The position numbers and the translations under genes were made by a program. This document shows positions 59,312 to 64,000 of a DNA stretch of 64,000 nucleotides, piece after piece. The notes under the pieces were generated by a model that saw only the letters and a list, made by a program, of their open reading frames with translations, ran no database searches and was not told where the DNA came from. Position 1 is the first letter of the stretch, and every line of letters begins with the position of its first letter. Source of the DNA: the human T2T-CHM13v2.0 reference genome, Homo sapiens; assembly GCF_009914755.1 (NCBI RefSeq), contig NC_060947.1; one strand, 5' to 3'.

Positions 59312-59517
59312 ACAGCCCAAGTCTTCACTTAATGTAGTTGGATAGGTTCTTGGAAATTTCGACTTTATGCAAAAATGTACAGTAGGTCCCCAAATAACGT
59401 CATTTCCTTCAACATCATTTTGTTATAGCATTTATAAGAAAAAAATGGTTTTGTTATATGTTGCTTCACTTACAGTCACAGTTTCCAAGAACCTGTTCAT
59501 GACATTAAGTTACTGTA
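59312..59517. mobile_element. MER82-like Tigger/TcMar DNA transposon remnant
   Basis: Inverted termini cttcacttaatgtagttggataggttcttggaaa and tttccaagaacctgttcatgacattaagt, with flanking TA. Confidence 0.7.
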
Positions 59518-61499
59518 CCTAACGGGTATGTGCCCATAGGTTTACATGAAACATGTACAGGAATATTAATAGCATTGATTAATAACATCAAAAATGGGAA
59601 ATAATCCAAATGTCCATCAACTTTAGAATGAGTAATAAAATTGTTGAGTATTCAAGCAATGAATTATTAGACAGAAATGAAAAATCTTAAACTACTTCTA
59701 TGTGTAACAGGATAGATGAATTTCACAAACATAAGAAAGAATGAAAGAAGCCAGGCATGAAAAGCTTACATATAGTGCTATTCCATTCACAGAATGTTAC
59801 AAAAAAACAAGCAAAACTATTCTTTTAAGTTGGATTAATGATTGGGAAAGGATTGCTATGGAGGCTTCTTTGGTGATGTAAATGGAGCACAGGGGATATT
59901 TAAGATTGTGAAACTCCTCTGTATGATACTGTAATGGTAGATACATTATGCATTTATTAAAACTCATAGAACTGTACAACACAAATAGTGAACTCTAATG
60001 TAAATTATGGACCTTGGTCAATAATAATGTCAATGTTGGTTTATTAATTGTAGTAAATGTACTAAATTAATAATAGGGGAAATTGAGGGGAAGGGCTTAA
60101 GGGAACTATCTGTGCTTCCTATGCAATTTTTCTGTAAACCTAAAACTTCTCTAAAAATACAGTCTATTAATTTTTAAAAAGTCAAAATAGTGATAATTTT
60201 TGCTGGATTAATGATTGGGAAAGGATTATGATGGGAGCTTCGGTGGTGCTGGTAATGCTGTATATTATGTTGTGAATATTGGTGATGTGCATGGTTCATT
60301 GTGTAAAATTCATCCAGTTGTATTACTAAAATTTAGGGGTGTATGTAATGAAAAAAAACATACCCTCCAAAAAAAGAAGTCCCAGAAAAACCAAACTGAA
60401 CTTTAGAAGCTAAAGGCCTTGTTAGAACACTCCTGTAGTTTGAGAAATCTATAAACACAACAGCTGATTGCTAAAATTAGTTCTGAGATAAATAGCCTGA
60501 AATAAATTGTAAAAAGAAGCCATTTTTCTTCCAAACTTGATTCTTCAGAATATGATACCCATTTCTGAGTCCATGGTTGTAATGACTCTACTATATTGCT
60601 TAGTAAGGGTGTATCTGTCCAAAACATGTTCATTGTACAGATGTTACTTGAGGCTTTTACTGTGGGACAGGAAATACAGGCACTTTCCTGACCCCAGACT
60701 TTGAAGGCAAAATATACAGTCGTATGTGATTTGTCATCTTCATCTCAGAAACCTGTGAACTTTGTGGAGCTTCTTGCTGACCATGGAAAGCCTATCACCT
60801 GTCTTTGGGGATTGCCCTGTGGTGCCAGGTCTTTAAAGCACACCATCAGCTACCAAGTAAATTATTTTCTCCCCCAGACTGATGATGTGTTTGGAAGAAG
60901 GGAAGGATATCCTACCATCCTCTGTCACTTTGGGGAAAGCTGCAAGGTTGATTAAGTGAACTAGTGGCCATATTATATGGAGCTCCAACTATGTAGCAGG
61001 CACTTCCCTTTGTGCCCCCACATCCTGTTCCCATTATCTTCTCAACCTTGCAGTGTAACTCTTATGATGCCTTTTGAAAATAGTTATGAAAGTTAAGACA
61101 CAGATTAGATTTTTACCAAGTTAAAGAACACTATTCACACTCTTCCATGTCATGTGTTACATTGCAATGTTAAACATTAATTTTTCATTTGTTTCTCAGA
61201 ATCAATATTCACACCATGATATAGAACATTACCAGCACCACAGAAGCTCCCATCATAATCCTTTCCCAACCATTAACCCAGCACAATTTTCCACTATTTT
61301 TACTTTTAAAAAATTAATGGAGCTAGGTCCACATTGCAATATTTTGATGAATAACAATATGAAAATAGCTGTCATTGCTCTTAGATGGTAAGTGCAATTT
61401 GGCTGTTCATTGATGGAATCAGCTATCATCTTGAGCTTGTGTTTCATACTAGATGCTGGGTACCTAGAAACCTTAATCCTCATTATTGTTGTTAATCTA

Positions 61500-61885
61500 A
61501 ACCTTAATTGAGCACATGTGTTCCAGGCACTGAGTTATGTGCTACCCCAGTAAAAGTCCAGACCATTTCAGGCACATAGATAATATTTTTCTCACTTTAC
61601 ATAGAAGAAGCTGAGGGAATGAGACATTGACTTGCCACAAATTGAATGCAAATTCTAGGTTTTCCAGGTTCTGTCTATATGATGTTGTGTTGGTGGCTTA
61701 CCCTTTTATGAACTTCAATTTCCTCATCTATAAATTGGGATTAGTTACAATATGCACTGCCTCTGTTTTTGGTGGGTTCAATAGAATACACTGCCTCAGT
61801 GTCTGGGTGGAGTAGATGAAATCGCATATGAGGTACTTAGCCCAGTTGTTTGCAAAGAGTAAATGCTCAACACATCATAATAATT
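61500..61885. mobile_element. MIR fragments
   Basis: aattgagcacatgtgttccaggcactg..; ttcaatttcctcatctataaattggg..gagtaaatgctcaa. Confidence 0.65.
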
Positions 61886-62439
61886 TTGGTCAATACTATT
61901 ACTACTATTACTACTATAGAAAATTCCAGACTGTGATCTATCACTGGAGAAAGACATAGTGCAATCTGTGGAAGATGTTTATAAGGACTAATTTGCCAAC
62001 TCTTGTCACAACGATTTTCTTTAAGAAGGATCTTGAAAGTATACCACTAGTCAATCCCCCTTTTCTTGGGGTATGTCATTAAAAGCTAAATAAGATAATA
62101 AAAAATTGCAAGTTTAAAGCAGGCTGAAGGCCTTCTTACAGAAGTGGTGGAGATGCTAGGCAATGATGGCTTCTTGTCTTATCCCTTATTTTCCATAGCT
62201 GCTGCCAAAAATCATGTTCTCTGGACAAGATCTTTATATTTCATATTATATATATTTTTTAAGACACTGAGATGATGCCCAAGATGAGCATTACTTGTTT
62301 TTTTGGTGTTGTGTAAGTTTTTTTGAATGCAGATACATGCAGTTATTTACAAGATAACACTGGAATAAAGAAAGTAAAGTTCCTGAAGTTGAAAACACTT
62401 GGTTTACCATTATCTCCATTCCCCCACAATAACCCTGGC

Positions 62440-62560
62440 AGTACATAAAAGAATCCATGTTTTATAGGACTGAGGCTCAGAGATGTTAAGTGACTTGTCC
62501 TCAATCACAGTGTGGTCTCCCTGAATCCAAAAGCATCCCTGGCTGCTCTGACACATGGTC
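62440..62560. mobile_element. MIR fragment
   Basis: actgaggctcagagatgttaagtgacttgtcc (MIR core). Confidence 0.65.
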
Positions 62561-62929
62561 ATGACCCAAGCCAGCCTTTTCTCGTATCTGCAGCTTATCA
62601 GAAGATTTTAGGACAGAAGATAATTCTATAAAGTGACCATATACTGATCTTAGCTGCCATCTCACTCTTTGTAGGGACACAGCTTCTTCCTGTGGGCCAC
62701 TCATTTACATAGTTTGCTTCAGATTCTATGATTTGGGGAGCTATGGCCTGGAACATGATTATGTGAGGTTTAAGAACTCTGTATATGTACTGGGTCAGTC
62801 CTGTGGTTGCTCTAGGGTCTTATTCTAGGGAACCACACTGCTCTGCCATTGTAAAATTTCTACTCTAGAATCCAGGAATTCCTCAAAACTTTTTCTTTGG
62901 GGCACAAACAACCAGAGGTAACATCCTAA

Positions 62930-63075
62930 TCTCTGCCATTTTCAGTGTGTGTGACCTGTGGCAAGACATTTACTCACTCTGAAACAATTTTCTTATCTGT
63001 CATGTGAGGTAACTGCCTTTCAGATTGGCTCTGAAGATTTCATGGAATAACACATGTAAATTATCTGACACAGTA
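62930..63075. mobile_element. MIR fragment
   Basis: gtgtgacctgtggcaagacatttactcactctgaaacaattttcttatctgt. Confidence 0.55.
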
Positions 63076-63864
63076 GAGGGAGAGTGCCAGAGACCACTAG
63101 TTCTCTTACTTCATCCTCTTACTGCCCATTCTATTCCTTGGCTTCAGTTACCAGCCCATTATACTTTAGACCAAATATCTGCTTAAATCACCCCTGCCTC
63201 AAGTTTCCTTCATCTAGCTACTCAGCTTCTGAAAACAGAGGAAAGATTTCTGTGAACCCAGAGGGAAATTTCTTGGTCACAGTTTCAGTCGGGAAGGAAA
63301 TTTCCTTATTATATGGATTCCCACAATTTACCATATCTTTTGGTTAGATCCTAAGAACATTTCATGGTTGCCCACCATAAGCCTGGCCCTGTAACCTCTC
63401 TTTTTTTCCCATGTTTCCTGCTGATCAACAGGTCAGTCTCAGCTCCTTCCCTCCACAGCAACCTCTAGGTCCTCCATGCTTCAGCCCCTCCTCTGCCCTT
63501 TGCACGAGGAGGACAATTTCCATTTCTCCCTAAGGTTCCTGTCCGAATTCTTACTTCCAAAAAACAGCTCTGTAACTAAGAGCCCTCTTCAGGATGCTCA
63601 CTCCTTCATAGTCCTTAGGAAAGTGTACACAATTGTTTTATGCTCTCAAAATATTTAAAAATTATCTTCCCTCCATTCTAGTAGGCCTCAGCATCAGATG
63701 TATAGGCAACGGGCCAGAGGATCTGCAGAATGTTCTCTAGGATGAGAAGTTGCTGAAAGTGTTAAGAGCAGATGGTCTGAGAACCAAGGAGAGCTAGATC
63801 AGTGAGAAAAGGAGGAAGGAACCAGGGGAATCAACTGGGAATAATAAAGTTGGGGACTGCCTGC

Positions 63865-64000
63865 AGTGCACTCTACGTGGGCTTTAGTATCAGATAGACT
63901 TGGGTTAGAGTCCTGGTCCTCCCATACTAGCTGTCTGACCCTGAGAAAGTTAACTAACTTCTCTGGGTCTCTGTATTCTAGTCTGTGATGATAGACCATA
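63865..64000. mobile_element. MIR fragment
   Basis: cagatagacttgggttagagtcctggtcctcccatactagctgtctgaccctgagaaagttaactaacttctctgggtctc. Confidence 0.65.

Noticed and set aside
60676-60856. Possible exon (cctgaccccag..ctaccaa|gtaaat) in unique sequence
   Set aside because: Weak splice signals and no recognisable product; not supportable without transcript data.

Overview
Primate (human-like) genomic DNA, repeat-rich, with no intact host protein-coding gene. The PAGE/XAGE/GAGE-family remnant suggests the Xp11 cancer-testis region (inference). Two structures dominate. (1) A degraded, nearly complete class III endogenous retrovirus lies on the minus strand (~19880-33334). It has LTR47-like LTRs, a tRNA-Ser-type PBS repeated three times, HERV-S-like gag and ERV-L-like RT/RNaseH/IN. 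Unusually for ERV-L relatives, it also has a very long (~4.2 kb) env-like region: long leader, hydrophobic segment, furin site, Thr-rich stretch, second cleavage site with fusion peptide and heptad repeats, and a C-terminal TM segment. This layout resembles foamy-virus Env rather than gammaretroviral Env. (2) A PAGE/XAGE/GAGE-family pseudogene lies on the plus strand (exons 1-4 at ~19450, 33340, 35313, 39957); the provirus sits in its intron 1 and MER52/L1MA elements in later introns. Also present: an orphan CpG-island promoter with CTCF/RFX/ETS/GC-box motifs (~11300-12100), two further ERV internal remnants, a full-length L1PA with a short 3' transduction, and many L1, LTR, Alu, MIR, L2 and DNA-transposon fragments. 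Repeat family names are from recalled consensus sequences, not a database search.
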